Positions 20,108-30,574 of a stretch of DNA of 64,000 bases are shown here, one piece after another. A program made the position numbers and the translations under genes. The notes under the pieces were generated by a model. The model saw only the letters and a program-made list of their open reading frames with translations. It was not told the DNA's origin and did no database searches. Source of the stretch: Nitrospira sp. (GTDB lineage: Bacteria; Nitrospirota; Nitrospiria; Nitrospirales; Nitrospiraceae); NCBI GenBank assembly GCA_047150005.1, contig AP038806.1, positions 3,072,001 to 3,136,000 of the forward strand, read 5' to 3'. Each line of letters starts with the position of its first letter. The first letter of the stretch is position 1.

Positions 20108-20380
20108 TTGATGGGAATTGATATAGATGTCAAGAGTCTTTTCATCTCGTCCATGCAGTACGACGTCGAAATGCTGAAGTCCGTGGAAGACCGCAAGTCG
20201 GAGGAATTTGTCCGCTATATCCAGAAAGAAAAAGACCGGTGTCGCATTTCTGCCTTCCCACCCATCTCGACCTTGCTCCGGCTGGTTCAAGCTGAAAAGG
20301 GGCAAGGCCTCCGCCATGATCACGGGATCACGGATCAGTACAACTCCAGCGTCACGTACGCCAGCATGGCGTTCTTCTAG
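20108..20380 (+). pseudogene. C-terminal fragment, probably of a MEMO1/AmmeMemoRadiSam protein B
   Basis: YDVEMLKSVE..D.CRISAFPPI.TLL...SSVTYASMAF resembles the MEMO C-terminus; no N-terminal part. Confidence 0.5.
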
Positions 20381-20408
20381 ACACCATACGGGCAGCTGAA
20401 GCGTGGCT

Positions 20409-21584
20409 ATGGAGACATCGTCCGACGATCGTCAGGACATTTCGAGCGAACCTTCCGCCAAGGTGTCGCGTCAAACGGGCCGACGGATCTGGCTCAACCT
20501 GCATATGTTCATCGGGCTCTTCGTCGGCGCGATCTTCGTGATCATGGGGCTGACCGGAAGCAGTCTGGTCTTCCGCCGGAGCATTGATGTCTGGCTCCAT
20601 CCTCAGTTGTTGAATGTCCGCGTAACCGGCGCGCCGGCACCCGTTGAGACCGCTCTCTCGAACGTGAAGGCGATCTTACCCGCCGGGGCGCATCTCCATC
20701 ATTTAGAATTGCCTCTCAACGAGCAGGAGGTGATTCGTGCCGTGTATTGGCCCGCTGCTTCCGGCACGGCCATTGAAGTGTTGGTTGATCCGACAACCAG
20801 CTCCATACTCGGTCAGCGTGAACGCGACAATCACCTGACCGGCCTCCTGTACCATTTCCATCGCGAGCTGTTCGCCGGAAAGACCGGGGAAACGGTGATC
20901 GGAACCTTCGGAATCGTGCTGCTGATTTCCCTCACGTCGGGGATTTACCTGTGGTGGCCCCGTCGTGGCGGAGTGAGAACGTCTTTCACGTCTCGCCCGA
21001 ACGCAAGCATCCTTCAGCGGGCCTACGCTCGGCACAAAATTACCGGAGCCCTCGGCTGCATCCCGGTGTTTCTGATTGCCTGTTCCGGAATCTTTATGGA
21101 ATTCGAACGGGTCGGCAAGGCCCTGATCAATCGTGTATCGCCGCTGCTTCGTGATCAAGAAGTCGCGTCGAATGCAAACTCAGGTCTGCCGTCGATTTCG
21201 GCTGATGAGGCGATGATGATCGCGCGGCGTCACTTCCCGGCCTCGTCCGCGACGTACATTGAGGTGCCGGGCAGTCCGATCGGCGCCTATGTCGTCGGCC
21301 TGCGCCAGGCCGGGGAGGTGTTGAAAACCGGCGGTGCCAGTGCGCTCTGGATCGATCAGTATAGCGGCAAGGTCCTCGCCGTTCGTGATTGGGAAAACTT
21401 TTCGGCAGGCCAGACCTTCGTCACCTGGATGCTTCCTCTGCATGACGGCGAAGCGTTCGGGTTGCCCGGGCGAATCTTGGTGTTCACGGCCGGATTCGTC
21501 CCGCTCACTCTGTATGTGACCGCCCTGCGTATGTGGCAGTTGAAACGGCGTGCCCGTCGTCGTCAGCAGGGTATCTCGCTATGA
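20409..21584 (+). CDS. PepSY-associated TM helix protein
   Basis: WLNLHMFIGL..GLTGS, FHRELFAG, SGIYLWWP, HKITG, LHDGEAFGLPGR. Confidence 0.9.
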   Translation: METSSDDRQDISSEPSAKVSRQTGRRIWLNLHMFIGLFVGAIFVIMGLTGSSLVFRRSIDVWLHPQLLNVRVTGAPAPVETALSNVKAILPAGAHLHHLELPLNEQEVIRAVYWPAASGTAIEVLVDPTTSSILGQRERDNHLTGLLYHFHRELFAGKTGETVIGTFGIVLLISLTSGIYLWWPRRGGVRTSFTSRPNASILQRAYARHKITGALGCIPVFLIACSGIFMEFERVGKALINRVSPLLRDQEVASNANSGLPSISADEAMMIARRHFPASSATYIEVPGSPIGAYVVGLRQAGEVLKTGGASALWIDQYSGKVLAVRDWENFSAGQTFVTWMLPLHDGEAFGLPGRILVFTAGFVPLTLYVTALRMWQLKRRARRRQQGISL

Positions 21585-21615
21585 TCCACGACAAAGCGCG
21601 TTCTCAGGCGGGTAT

Positions 21616-23022
21616 TTAGGTGTCACCCAGAGACGGCTGATCTTGGTCGACGTTCGTGAAATCATCCGAGGCCGGCGTCCCCCCGGTCTGCGTGGTGACG
21701 CTCGTGGTGGTGAAGTTCACGGTCGACGAGTACGGACCAGGATTCCCTGCCGCATCCTGGGCGTTGACGCGAAGGTGATAGGTCGTGTTGGCGGTCAAAT
21801 CCGGCAGGGTGGTACTGAGTTGTGATTCGGTTGAGGTCGTCCATAACCCAAAGTCGGCGCAGCTAACCTCGGTACATATTTCGTAGCGGTAGGAAAAGAT
21901 ACCCACATTATCGATCGCACCGGCATGGGTCACGGTCGCCGAGGTGTTCGTGACTCCGGACACTTGTACCCCGATGACTCGAGATGGAGGGGTCGCATCA
22001 GCAGGCGGCGGCGCGCCATTCCACGGCACCGGGGCATTCACCACGTAGGGATCGAGCATGTAGTCGGTCGGCGTGTTCATGCTGGTGATGTTGTATGGCG
22101 TCGTCCAATTGACGATCCCGACAATGTCCGGCATGCTCGCTTTCAGCCCCGGCACAATCCATTTCGCATCCCGATGCTGGTAGGTGATCGGCGAGTCCAG
22201 GCGAAAGAAGCCGTACTCCCCGATGATCATCGGCTTGTGCTTCGGCTGCACGGTGGTGTAGCCGGCGATCGTGGGCAACGTCGTCGTGAGGCTCTGATAG
22301 CTGTCCAGTCCGGTCAGATCGACAGCGGCGTCACCAGGATAGCCATACAGATAGTTGCCGACCTCATCGGCAGGACAAAACAAATAGATCAGGTTATGGA
22401 CCCCTTTGGTCCGCATTCTGGCCTGGAACTGCTTCCACAGCTGGACGAATCGAGCCTGATCGGGCACCGAGTACCAGTTCCAATTCCCGTTCGCCTCCGG
22501 GAACAGCCTCGCAATGAAGACGACACCCTGCGACTGGTACTGCAGCACGTTGGCTGCAAAATCGTCCATCAGTTGGAGGTAACGCGGATCAACCATCAAC
22601 TGATCCAGCTCCGCATTGGTCAGTGGCGCATGGCCGTACCATCCGGCTTTCTCCGGCTCGTTGCCCAAGAAAATGGAGAGCTTGATGAGCCCGCCCGCGT
22701 TCCAATGATCCATGATCGCCTGCCGCGCCTGGGCATCGTTGTAACTGGTACTGATCGGCGCGTAGATGGCGGGACGCTTCCCCGTGGCGGCGATGGTATC
22801 GTTCAGGAGCGACCACATATAAGGGCCTGAGCCGACGACCATATCACGCCAAATCGTTTGCCCCGTCAAGACGTGCCCGGAAGTCTTGGACATGAGTGAA
22901 TAGAAATAGTCGAGCAGGCTCTTCGTGGCTGCTGTGGCATCGGGATCAGCAGTGACAGCCGATAAGCCCACACTGGGACACAGCAGCGCCATCACAAGTG
23001 TCACTAAACGTAGCCACGTCAT
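21616..23022 (-). CDS. secreted GH26-like glycoside hydrolase + FN3, possibly C-terminally truncated
   Basis: GGAGG RBS, signal peptide; RLFPEANGNWNWY, GLDSY, KPMIIGEYG; FN3 domain. Confidence 0.8.
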   Translation of the reverse strand: MTWLRLVTLVMALLCPSVGLSAVTADPDATAATKSLLDYFYSLMSKTSGHVLTGQTIWRDMVVGSGPYMWSLLNDTIAATGKRPAIYAPISTSYNDAQARQAIMDHWNAGGLIKLSIFLGNEPEKAGWYGHAPLTNAELDQLMVDPRYLQLMDDFAANVLQYQSQGVVFIARLFPEANGNWNWYSVPDQARFVQLWKQFQARMRTKGVHNLIYLFCPADEVGNYLYGYPGDAAVDLTGLDSYQSLTTTLPTIAGYTTVQPKHKPMIIGEYGFFRLDSPITYQHRDAKWIVPGLKASMPDIVGIVNWTTPYNITSMNTPTDYMLDPYVVNAPVPWNGAPPPADATPPSRVIGVQVSGVTNTSATVTHAGAIDNVGIFSYRYEICTEVSCADFGLWTTSTESQLSTTLPDLTANTTYHLRVNAQDAAGNPGPYSSTVNFTTTSVTTQTGGTPASDDFTNVDQDQPSLGDT

Positions 23023-23214
23023 AAGCGATCCTCCATGAGCATCTGATTGAGGAAAGACGGTGTTCGCCGCGTTGTAGACGCAATCCAGCTTGCAAGCCTT
23101 GTTCCTTACGGTAGCGGAGGTCAGGGCCTGCCGCTGTTCGTGGGGGACTCCGCCATCACCCCCAACTACAACCCATGGGGGCAACTCTGTCAAACCAAAA
23201 CAGAAACGTCCTCT

Positions 23215-23431
23215 TTCACGAGCCAGGAGTTTGCCAGGTTCTTGAAAGACCAGAGGATTCAGAACTGCATGGAAGGGACGGGGAGGTGGCGCGCTACATC
23301 ACCTTCTGCTACCAGGCTGTCGCACCAGGCACTGGATGGACGCACAGACGGGACACAGCCGCATAGGCTTTACATCGTCCAGCACCACTTGTGAATGGGC
23401 AAAGGCTGTCCAAACAAGCGGAACCACCTCT
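23215..23431 (+). mobile_element. IS3-family remnant (deleted transposase 3' part and right end)
   Basis: FTSQEF..LKDQRIQNCMEGTGRWR and HQALDGRT; CTGTCCAAACAAGCGGAACCACCTC resembles an IS3 right end. Confidence 0.65.
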
Positions 23432-23446
23432 GGCCGCAGGTCGCAT

Positions 23447-23950
23447 TCAGCTCTTTGCCGGCTTGAATGTGAGCTGATCCGTGGTGTAATCGTACGTCAT
23501 CGTACCGAAAGACCCCACCATGTTAGTGGCTCCGGTTTGTCCTGCTCCGGATACTTGGCTATTCACGACAACTGTAACCATCTCCCGCTGAGAATCTCGG
23601 CCGCTTTCAGCCAATACCCTCAATGCGGCTTTGGCAATCTTGTAAGTGTCGTTCTTGACTTGATCCGGATTCGCAGGCGCATTCGCATACATGAGGGTCA
23701 TGCGGATCTGACGTCTTTCGATCTCATCGAATACGATATCGTTCCATCCCGCCGGTAAAGGACCAATGGTCGAGGTCACGCGGTCTTTGATCGCCTGTTG
23801 GTCTGAACTGCTCACCGTAGTCGGAGCATTGACTCCTGCGACTGGAGTCGTGTGTGTCGCGGCGGTTGGTGTGCTGTTTCCTCCACCGCCTTCTCCACTG
23901 CAGGACAGTATTAACGCTGAGAATGTGAGGAGAGCGATCATCCGCCACAT
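23447..23950 (-). CDS. hypothetical lipoprotein
   Basis: AGGAGG RBS; lipobox LILSC; Thr/Pro linker, then a globular domain. Confidence 0.75.
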   Translation of the reverse strand: MWRMIALLTFSALILSCSGEGGGGNSTPTAATHTTPVAGVNAPTTVSSSDQQAIKDRVTSTIGPLPAGWNDIVFDEIERRQIRMTLMYANAPANPDQVKNDTYKIAKAALRVLAESGRDSQREMVTVVVNSQVSGAGQTGATNMVGSFGTMTYDYTTDQLTFKPAKS

Positions 23951-24355
23951 TGAAGTGCCTCCTTATCAATCACTGGTGATGCTGGAGCTTGAGCACTGTC
24001 CCACGGTGTAGTCGCGAGCGAAGTATCTCCGTCGATATCGATTCGCGCCTGGATTGTTCGTGAGACAGCGACTCAAATCGGAATTCCAAAGCAATGGGTT
24101 TCACCAGGAGAGGTATTGTAGGCAGGCAAACAGTCGAGGCGCAAGACCGGGACTTGTTTGATCAGCCTCGTAAGGCGGGGGCCCTGGGTTCGAGTCTCAG
24201 GCAGCTCACCACATCCCATTGTTTGCGGACGATTCACGAACAACAACTTCCCGATGTGAATACGTAACCCGTTTGAGGGGATTGTGGTTGTGCAGTTATT
24301 TGCACAAAATGCGCAGCCTTCATGAGCCCATTTCATTTCCGTCGTAGGGGTCCTT

Positions 24356-27300
24356 TTGGGTTATTTGATTGTGTTTCCGCTTCGGTATGCGAGAAAGCAG
24401 GGGAACTCGGGTGTGCTCTGGACCGGGATCTTTGCAGCGCTGGTCTGCCTCCTGACTTCTGCGAGTGTTGAACTACAAGCCGCCAGCCTCCCTCCCGGAT
24501 TCTCTGAATCGGTAGTCTTCTCCGGGTTAACAGAGCCGACCACTGTTCGCTTTTCGCCGGACGGAAAGGTGTTCGTCGCCGAAAAGAGCGGCCGCATCAA
24601 GGTCTTCCCGAATCTGTCGAGCACCACTCCGACCGTGTTTCACGACTTACGGACCAATGTGCACAACTATTGGGACCGCGGGCTGATGGGGCTGGAACTA
24701 CACCCCGATTTCCCAACGGTTCCTTATGTCTATGTTTCTTATACCTATGACAAGGACCCCAATAATGCACAAGTGCCCCGATGGGGAACAGTCGGAGCTA
24801 CGTCGGATGCTTGTCCAACCCCTCCAGGACCGACCACGGACGGATGCGTCGTGAGCGGCCGGGTCTCGCTGCTCCAATCGTCCGGCGGCAATGTATCGAC
24901 CGGAACGGAAATTGTCTTGGTCGAAGGGTGGGGACAACAGTTTCCGAGCCACTCCATGGACACCGTCATGTTCGGTCCGGACGGCGCGCTGTACGCCTCT
25001 GCCGGAGATGGGGCCAGCTTTAACTTCGCCGATTATGGACAAGCAGGTAATCCCTTGAATCCGCTAGGGGATCCACCGGTAGGAATCGGCGGAGTTCAGA
25101 CGCCTCCGAAAGCGGAAGGCGGCGCGACTAGATCCCAGAGTCTTCGCCGCGTCAACGGACCGGTGGTCCTCAATGGCACGATCATCAGGATTGACCCCTA
25201 TACTGGAGCGCCTCTCTCCGATAACCCTCTGTTCGCCAATACAGACCCCAATGCCCGCAGGATTGTGGGTTACGGATTCCGCAATCCGTTTCGCTTCACA
25301 TTCAGACCGGGGACCAATGAGTTGTGGATCGGTGACGTAGGGTGGGGGACGTGGGAGGAGATCAATCGGATTTCGGATCCTCTGAGTCCAACCGTAAGAA
25401 ACTTCGGCTGGCCCTGCTACGAAGGGGCCGGTGTACAGTCGGCTTATCAATCGATTGGTCTGACTATTTGCCAAAATCTTTACTCTCAGCCGAGTGGGCA
25501 TACTCCTCCGCATTTTGCCTATCAGGCAAACCAGCCTGTGGTATCAGGAGAAACATGTTCCAACGGCAGTTCATCAATTTCAGGCCTGGCGTTCATGCAG
25601 GGAGGAACGTATCCAGCCTCGTATCAGGGCGCGCTGTTCTTCGCCGACCATTCCCGGAGGTGCATTTGGAGCATGCGACCAGGAGCGAACGGATTGCCGG
25701 ATTCGGCGACCAGAGCTACGTTTGTCGACCCCGCCTCCAATCCGGTCGACCTACAAATTGGGCCGGGAGGAGATTTGTTCTACGTGGACTTCGAGGGAGG
25801 GGCCATCCGACGTATCCGGTACACGAGCGGTAATCAGGCTCCGAATGTCGTGATTCAGGCGGCTCCCTTGGCAGGGCCGGTTCCCCTTAACGTCACGTTC
25901 GATGGGAGCGGGTCGACCGACCCTGATGCAGGCGACACCCTAAAGTACTCATGGGACTTGAATGGCGACGGAATCTTTGACGATGCCGTGACGGCTCAGG
26001 CCTCCTTCACCTACACGCAAGCAAATCTGTACAAGGTGCGGCTCAAGGTCACCGATAATCATGGAGCGTCGAGCATCGATAGCATCTCGATCCAGGCGGG
26101 GAGCCCGACAGCATTCATTGATGCTCCGACTGCGGGTACTCAATGGCAGGTCGGCCAGTCCGTCACCTTCTCCGGTCACGCCACCGCACCTGGACAGGGA
26201 GCGCTCCCGCCCTCGGCATTTCTGTGGGACGTGATCCTGCATCATTGCCCATCCGACTGTCATACCCATCCCATACAAAGTTTCCCCGGCGTGACGTCGG
26301 GATCGTTTTCGGCGCCTGACCATGAATATCTCTCTTATTTGGAGATCAAGCTGACGGTAAAGACTGCCGCCGGCCTGACGGACACCAAGAGCGTCCAGCT
26401 GAATCCGCAGACCGTCACTCTGGACTTTGAGTCCACTCCACCGGGTCTGCAGCTGGCTGTCGGAAGCAGCACCTCCGTCACTCCTTTCACGCGAACGGTC
26501 ATTCTGGGGTCCATGAACTCGGTCAGTGCCGGCACACCACAGATCCAGGGATCGACGACCTATCACTTCAATTCCTGGTCCGATGGAGGCAACCAATCGC
26601 ACCTCATTCTTGCAGCGGGTACTGGAACCTACACGGCCAACTACAGCCTCACCGCCGATACGTCCCAACCGACAATGCCGACCAGTCTCACAGCCGGAAC
26701 ACCCAGCGGGACGCAGGTGAATCTAAGTTGGCCTACCTCAACCGATAATATTGGTGTAACGGGTTATCAGGTGGAACGCTGCCAAGGGGCCGGCTGCAGC
26801 AGCTTTGCGCTGATTGCGTCCCCGACCACGACCAGCTACACCGACACCGGCCTGAGCAGCGGCACCACCTACAACTACCGGGTCCGGGCCAGGGATGCCG
26901 TGGGCAATTTCAGTCCCTATTCACCCATCACGACGGCACTGACCACCGGCACCGGCCGGACGACGTTGTTTACGGACACGTTCAATCGGGTGGACAGTGC
27001 GGACCTGGGCGCGGCCTATACCGATTCGTATAGCGGTTTCACGAGCGGCCGGATTCTCTCACAACGAGTCGTCATGTCCGCCGTGGGGGCGGCGGCCGCC
27101 ACCGTGGAGCAGTATACCGGCGTCACGACCCCGAACGATCAGTGGAGCGAAGTGACGATCGGCGCGTTGGCGAGTGGGGTGGGCGCCCAAGTGGGGGCCC
27201 ATGTCCGGTTGAGCAACCCCAGTGTCTATAGCGGCTATCGCTGTTTTGCGGCCATCAACCAAACGAATCGATCCGGCATTCGGCGGTTCAGTGGGGGGGT

Positions 27301-30043
27301 CTCGACGGCGCTGCAGAGTGACACCACGACGGTCTGGGGGGCGGGGGATAAACTCCGCTGTGAAGCGCAAGGCTCCACGATCAAACTCTATCGGGTGGTG
27401 GGGACCGCCGAGACGCTCGTGCTGAGCGCGACCGATGCGACTTATGCGAGCGGCACCACCGGGATCTATGTGGCGGTGGGGACGGGCGGCACCGTGACCG
27501 ATGCGCAGCTCAGCGGCTTTGCGATGGGCGGCTTCGGCCTCCCTGTCGACACGACCCCGCCGACGGCGCCGGGCAGTCCCACGGGCAGTGCGTCCAGCGG
27601 CACGCAGATCAATCTGAGTTGGCCTGCGGCGAGCGACCTCGTCGGCGTAACCAACTATCGGGTGGAACGCTGCCAAGGGGCCGGCTGCAGCAGCTTTGTG
27701 CTCATTGCCTCCCCGACCACGACCAGCTACGCCGACACCGGCCTGACTCCCGGAACCAGTTATAGTTATCGGGTGCGCGCGGAAGATGCCGCGCATAATT
27801 TGAGTCAGTATTCTTCACCCATCCTCACCGTGGCGACGCCCGCCACGCCGCCGCCCACCGGCCGGACGACGTTGTTTACGGACACGTTCAATCGGGTGGA
27901 CAGTGCGGACCTGGGCGCGGCCTATACCGATTCGTATAGCGGTTTCACGAGCGGCCGGATTCTCTCACAACGAGTCGTCATGTCCGCCGTGGGGGCGGCG
28001 GCCGCCACCGTGGAGCAGTATACCGGCGTCACGACCCCGAACGATCAGTGGAGCGAAGTGACGATCGGCGCGTTGGCGAGTGGGGTGGGCGCCCAAGTGG
28101 GGGCCCATGTCCGGTTGAGCAACCCCAGTGTCTATAGCGGCTATCGCTGTTTTGCGGCCATCAACCAAACGAATCGATCCGGCATTCGGCGGTTCAGTGG
28201 GGGGGTCTCGACGGCGCTGCAGAGTGACACCACGACGGTCTGGGGGGCGGGGGATAAACTCCGCTGTGAAGCGCAAGGCTCCACGATCAAACTCTATCGG
28301 GTGGTGGGGACCGCCGAGACGCTCGTGCTGAGCGCGACCGATGCGACTTATGCGAGCGGCACCACCGGGATCTATGTGGCGGTGGGGACGGGCGGCACCG
28401 TGACCGATGCGCAGCTCAGCGGCTTTGCGATGGGCGGCTTCGGCCTCCCTGTCGACACGACCCCGCCGACGGCGCCGGGCAGTCCCACGGGCAGTGCGTC
28501 CAGCGGCACGCAGATCAATCTGAGTTGGCCTGCGGCGAGCGACCTCGTCGGCGTAACCAACTATCGGGTGGAACGCTGCCAAGGGGCCGGCTGCAGCAGC
28601 TTTGTGCTCATTGCCTCCCCGACCACGACCAGCTACGCCGACACCGGCCTGACTCCCGGAACCAGTTATAGTTATCGGGTGCGCGCGGAAGATGCCGCGC
28701 ATAATTTGAGTCAGTATTCTTCACCCATCCTCACCGTGGCGACGCCCGCCACGCCGCCGCCCACCGGCCGGACGACTCTGGCCACGGACAACTTTAACCG
28801 GGCTGATGCGGCCAACTTGGGCAGTCTGTGGAGTGGAGGCTATACCGGCAAAGACGAGGTGGACATTGCTGCCAATCAGGCCCGCGTCACCAATCTCAAC
28901 ACGTCCGACCCGAAATCGGTTGAAAGCTACAACGCGGTGACGCCGGGCGCCGATCAGTGGTGTCAGATTACACTGGGGACCTTTACCGGTTCCGAGGATC
29001 GGGAGGTCGGCTGCGCCCTCCGGATGGCGGCCCCGCCCACGATCAACTGGTACTGGTGCTATGCGCGGAAAACCGCCGCCAACCTGCCGGCTCGCAATAG
29101 CGCGATTGTCAGCCACCATCCGAACGGCATCGGGGACGCAAACCTGGCCAGCGATTTCGACACCGTCTGGGGCAGTGGGGATCGGCTGCGCTGCGAAGCC
29201 CAAGGGACCACCTTGCGTCTCTATCGGATCCCCGCCGGGTCCACGACGGACACCCTGGTGCTCACGACGACCGATACGGAGTTTACGAGCGGCCGCGCAG
29301 GCCTCGTGTTCTGGATGAACACCGGCGGCACCCCCACTAACGCGACGGCGGACGACTGGGCGATGGGCGGCTTCGGAACGGCTCCGCCTGCTGCGGCCGT
29401 GACCTTCGATGCCGTGAGCAGTTCCGCCACCGGCAACACGACCAATGCCATCACCTGGTCCCACACCGTCGGGAGCGGCGCGAATCGCGTGCTCGCCGTC
29501 TGTACGCAAGCCCGGGATACGGTAGCGGGCGATGTCGCCGTCACCAGCGTCACCGTCAATGGTGGCATCCCACTGACGAAAGCCCGTTCGGATGTGCGCA
29601 CCGATTCAGGCCTGGCGTTAGGAACCGAGCTCTGGTATCTGGTGAACCCGGCGATGGGACCGAATACGATCACGGTGACGTGGGCGGGCGCACTCTCCAG
29701 CTATGGCGTCGGGTCCTCCACAAGTTATGCCGGCGTGGATCAAGCCGCCCCAGTGGATGCGACCGCGGGCAATGGCGGCAGCGGCACGACGCTTTCGGCG
29801 CAGATCACTACGGGAACCCCCCATGCGGTGATTACGGATTGTGCCATTGCGCAGGCGAACGGCATGACGGTAGGCTCCGGACAAACCACTCGGGTCAACC
29901 GCCTCACCACGGGCACCACTGATGCGGTCGGAGTTTCAACCGTGAACGACAAAGCGGTAGCTGGATCGGAGACGATGGACTGGACCCAAGTGGACGCCCA
30001 AAACTGGGTGAGCAGCGTCGTTTCCTTCCGGCCGGTACCCTGA
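24356..30043 (+). CDS. large secreted PQQ-dependent sugar (glucose/sorbosone) dehydrogenase-like propeller + PKD + FN3 + repeated beta-sandwich domains
   Basis: DRGLMGLELHPDF, FGPDGALY..GDG, YGFRNPFR, GDVGW..EEIN; PKD YSWDLNGDG; three FN3; three D.FNR.D..LG domains. Confidence 0.88.
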   Translation: MGYLIVFPLRYARKQGNSGVLWTGIFAALVCLLTSASVELQAASLPPGFSESVVFSGLTEPTTVRFSPDGKVFVAEKSGRIKVFPNLSSTTPTVFHDLRTNVHNYWDRGLMGLELHPDFPTVPYVYVSYTYDKDPNNAQVPRWGTVGATSDACPTPPGPTTDGCVVSGRVSLLQSSGGNVSTGTEIVLVEGWGQQFPSHSMDTVMFGPDGALYASAGDGASFNFADYGQAGNPLNPLGDPPVGIGGVQTPPKAEGGATRSQSLRRVNGPVVLNGTIIRIDPYTGAPLSDNPLFANTDPNARRIVGYGFRNPFRFTFRPGTNELWIGDVGWGTWEEINRISDPLSPTVRNFGWPCYEGAGVQSAYQSIGLTICQNLYSQPSGHTPPHFAYQANQPVVSGETCSNGSSSISGLAFMQGGTYPASYQGALFFADHSRRCIWSMRPGANGLPDSATRATFVDPASNPVDLQIGPGGDLFYVDFEGGAIRRIRYTSGNQAPNVVIQAAPLAGPVPLNVTFDGSGSTDPDAGDTLKYSWDLNGDGIFDDAVTAQASFTYTQANLYKVRLKVTDNHGASSIDSISIQAGSPTAFIDAPTAGTQWQVGQSVTFSGHATAPGQGALPPSAFLWDVILHHCPSDCHTHPIQSFPGVTSGSFSAPDHEYLSYLEIKLTVKTAAGLTDTKSVQLNPQTVTLDFESTPPGLQLAVGSSTSVTPFTRTVILGSMNSVSAGTPQIQGSTTYHFNSWSDGGNQSHLILAAGTGTYTANYSLTADTSQPTMPTSLTAGTPSGTQVNLSWPTSTDNIGVTGYQVERCQGAGCSSFALIASPTTTSYTDTGLSSGTTYNYRVRARDAVGNFSPYSPITTALTTGTGRTTLFTDTFNRVDSADLGAAYTDSYSGFTSGRILSQRVVMSAVGAAAATVEQYTGVTTPNDQWSEVTIGALASGVGAQVGAHVRLSNPSVYSGYRCFAAINQTNRSGIRRFSGGVSTALQSDTTTVWGAGDKLRCEAQGSTIKLYRVVGTAETLVLSATDATYASGTTGIYVAVGTGGTVTDAQLSGFAMGGFGLPVDTTPPTAPGSPTGSASSGTQINLSWPAASDLVGVTNYRVERCQGAGCSSFVLIASPTTTSYADTGLTPGTSYSYRVRAEDAAHNLSQYSSPILTVATPATPPPTGRTTLFTDTFNRVDSADLGAAYTDSYSGFTSGRILSQRVVMSAVGAAAATVEQYTGVTTPNDQWSEVTIGALASGVGAQVGAHVRLSNPSVYSGYRCFAAINQTNRSGIRRFSGGVSTALQSDTTTVWGAGDKLRCEAQGSTIKLYRVVGTAETLVLSATDATYASGTTGIYVAVGTGGTVTDAQLSGFAMGGFGLPVDTTPPTAPGSPTGSASSGTQINLSWPAASDLVGVTNYRVERCQGAGCSSFVLIASPTTTSYADTGLTPGTSYSYRVRAEDAAHNLSQYSSPILTVATPATPPPTGRTTLATDNFNRADAANLGSLWSGGYTGKDEVDIAANQARVTNLNTSDPKSVESYNAVTPGADQWCQITLGTFTGSEDREVGCALRMAAPPTINWYWCYARKTAANLPARNSAIVSHHPNGIGDANLASDFDTVWGSGDRLRCEAQGTTLRLYRIPAGSTTDTLVLTTTDTEFTSGRAGLVFWMNTGGTPTNATADDWAMGGFGTAPPAAAVTFDAVSSSATGNTTNAITWSHTVGSGANRVLAVCTQARDTVAGDVAVTSVTVNGGIPLTKARSDVRTDSGLALGTELWYLVNPAMGPNTITVTWAGALSSYGVGSSTSYAGVDQAAPVDATAGNGGSGTTLSAQITTGTPHAVITDCAIAQANGMTVGSGQTTRVNRLTTGTTDAVGVSTVNDKAVAGSETMDWTQVDAQNWVSSVVSFRPVP
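26950..28776 (+). repeat. 906-bp in-frame tandem duplication, apparently exact
   Basis: units begin near 26951 and 27857 with run-out to 28776; shadow ORFs are identical at an offset of 906 (27059/27965, 27222/28128, 27466/28372). Confidence 0.95.
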
Positions 30044-30274
30044 CCGGCTGATCGTCAGTTCGAGTCCCTGACGGCTCGCCACACATCTTCAACGAAGTCC
30101 GAATCGAAAATCCGGAATGCCGACCCGGTCGCGAACCTCACAGAGCCCCCGCACCAGGAATCTGCCTTGAGTTCATGAGCAGGATTCTACACAGATCCCG
30201 TGGTCCCGTGTTATGGGGAGCGTGACAAACGGGTAGGGAGTCTTTTGGCGGATCAGCTGGAAGACGGTGCATGG

Positions 30275-30571
30275 CTATTCCAACCGAACGACAATGCCCT
30301 CGTCCGCGCCGAGCTGAAACCGGTCGGCGGTCCAACGTGCCATATCCCGTTGCGGATCGGTAGACAGGATGAGTGTCCCGTTACGCCCATATATGGGAAG
30401 CGACGTCGAGAGCGTGATGGTCTGCACCCGTGCGCTGAAGTTGACCGCGATGAGGATGGCTTCTGTCTGGTCTTCCGTTTGGAACAGCCGTTGATAAAGC
30501 AGGCACTCCTTCGGGCCGGCGTCAACCGGCTGGTAGATCCCCGCCGTGAGTGCCCGCGATTCCTTCTTCAA
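30275..30571 (-). pseudogene. C-terminal remnant of a GH13 alpha-glucosidase/amylase
   Basis: ALTAG.YQPV..LLYQR..ILIAVNFS..LILST..L.ADEGIVV; no catalytic domain upstream. Confidence 0.65.
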
Positions 30572-30574
30572 CCA

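Noticed and set aside
23023..23193. Extended N-terminus of GH26
   Set aside because: The signal peptide and RBS start at 23022.
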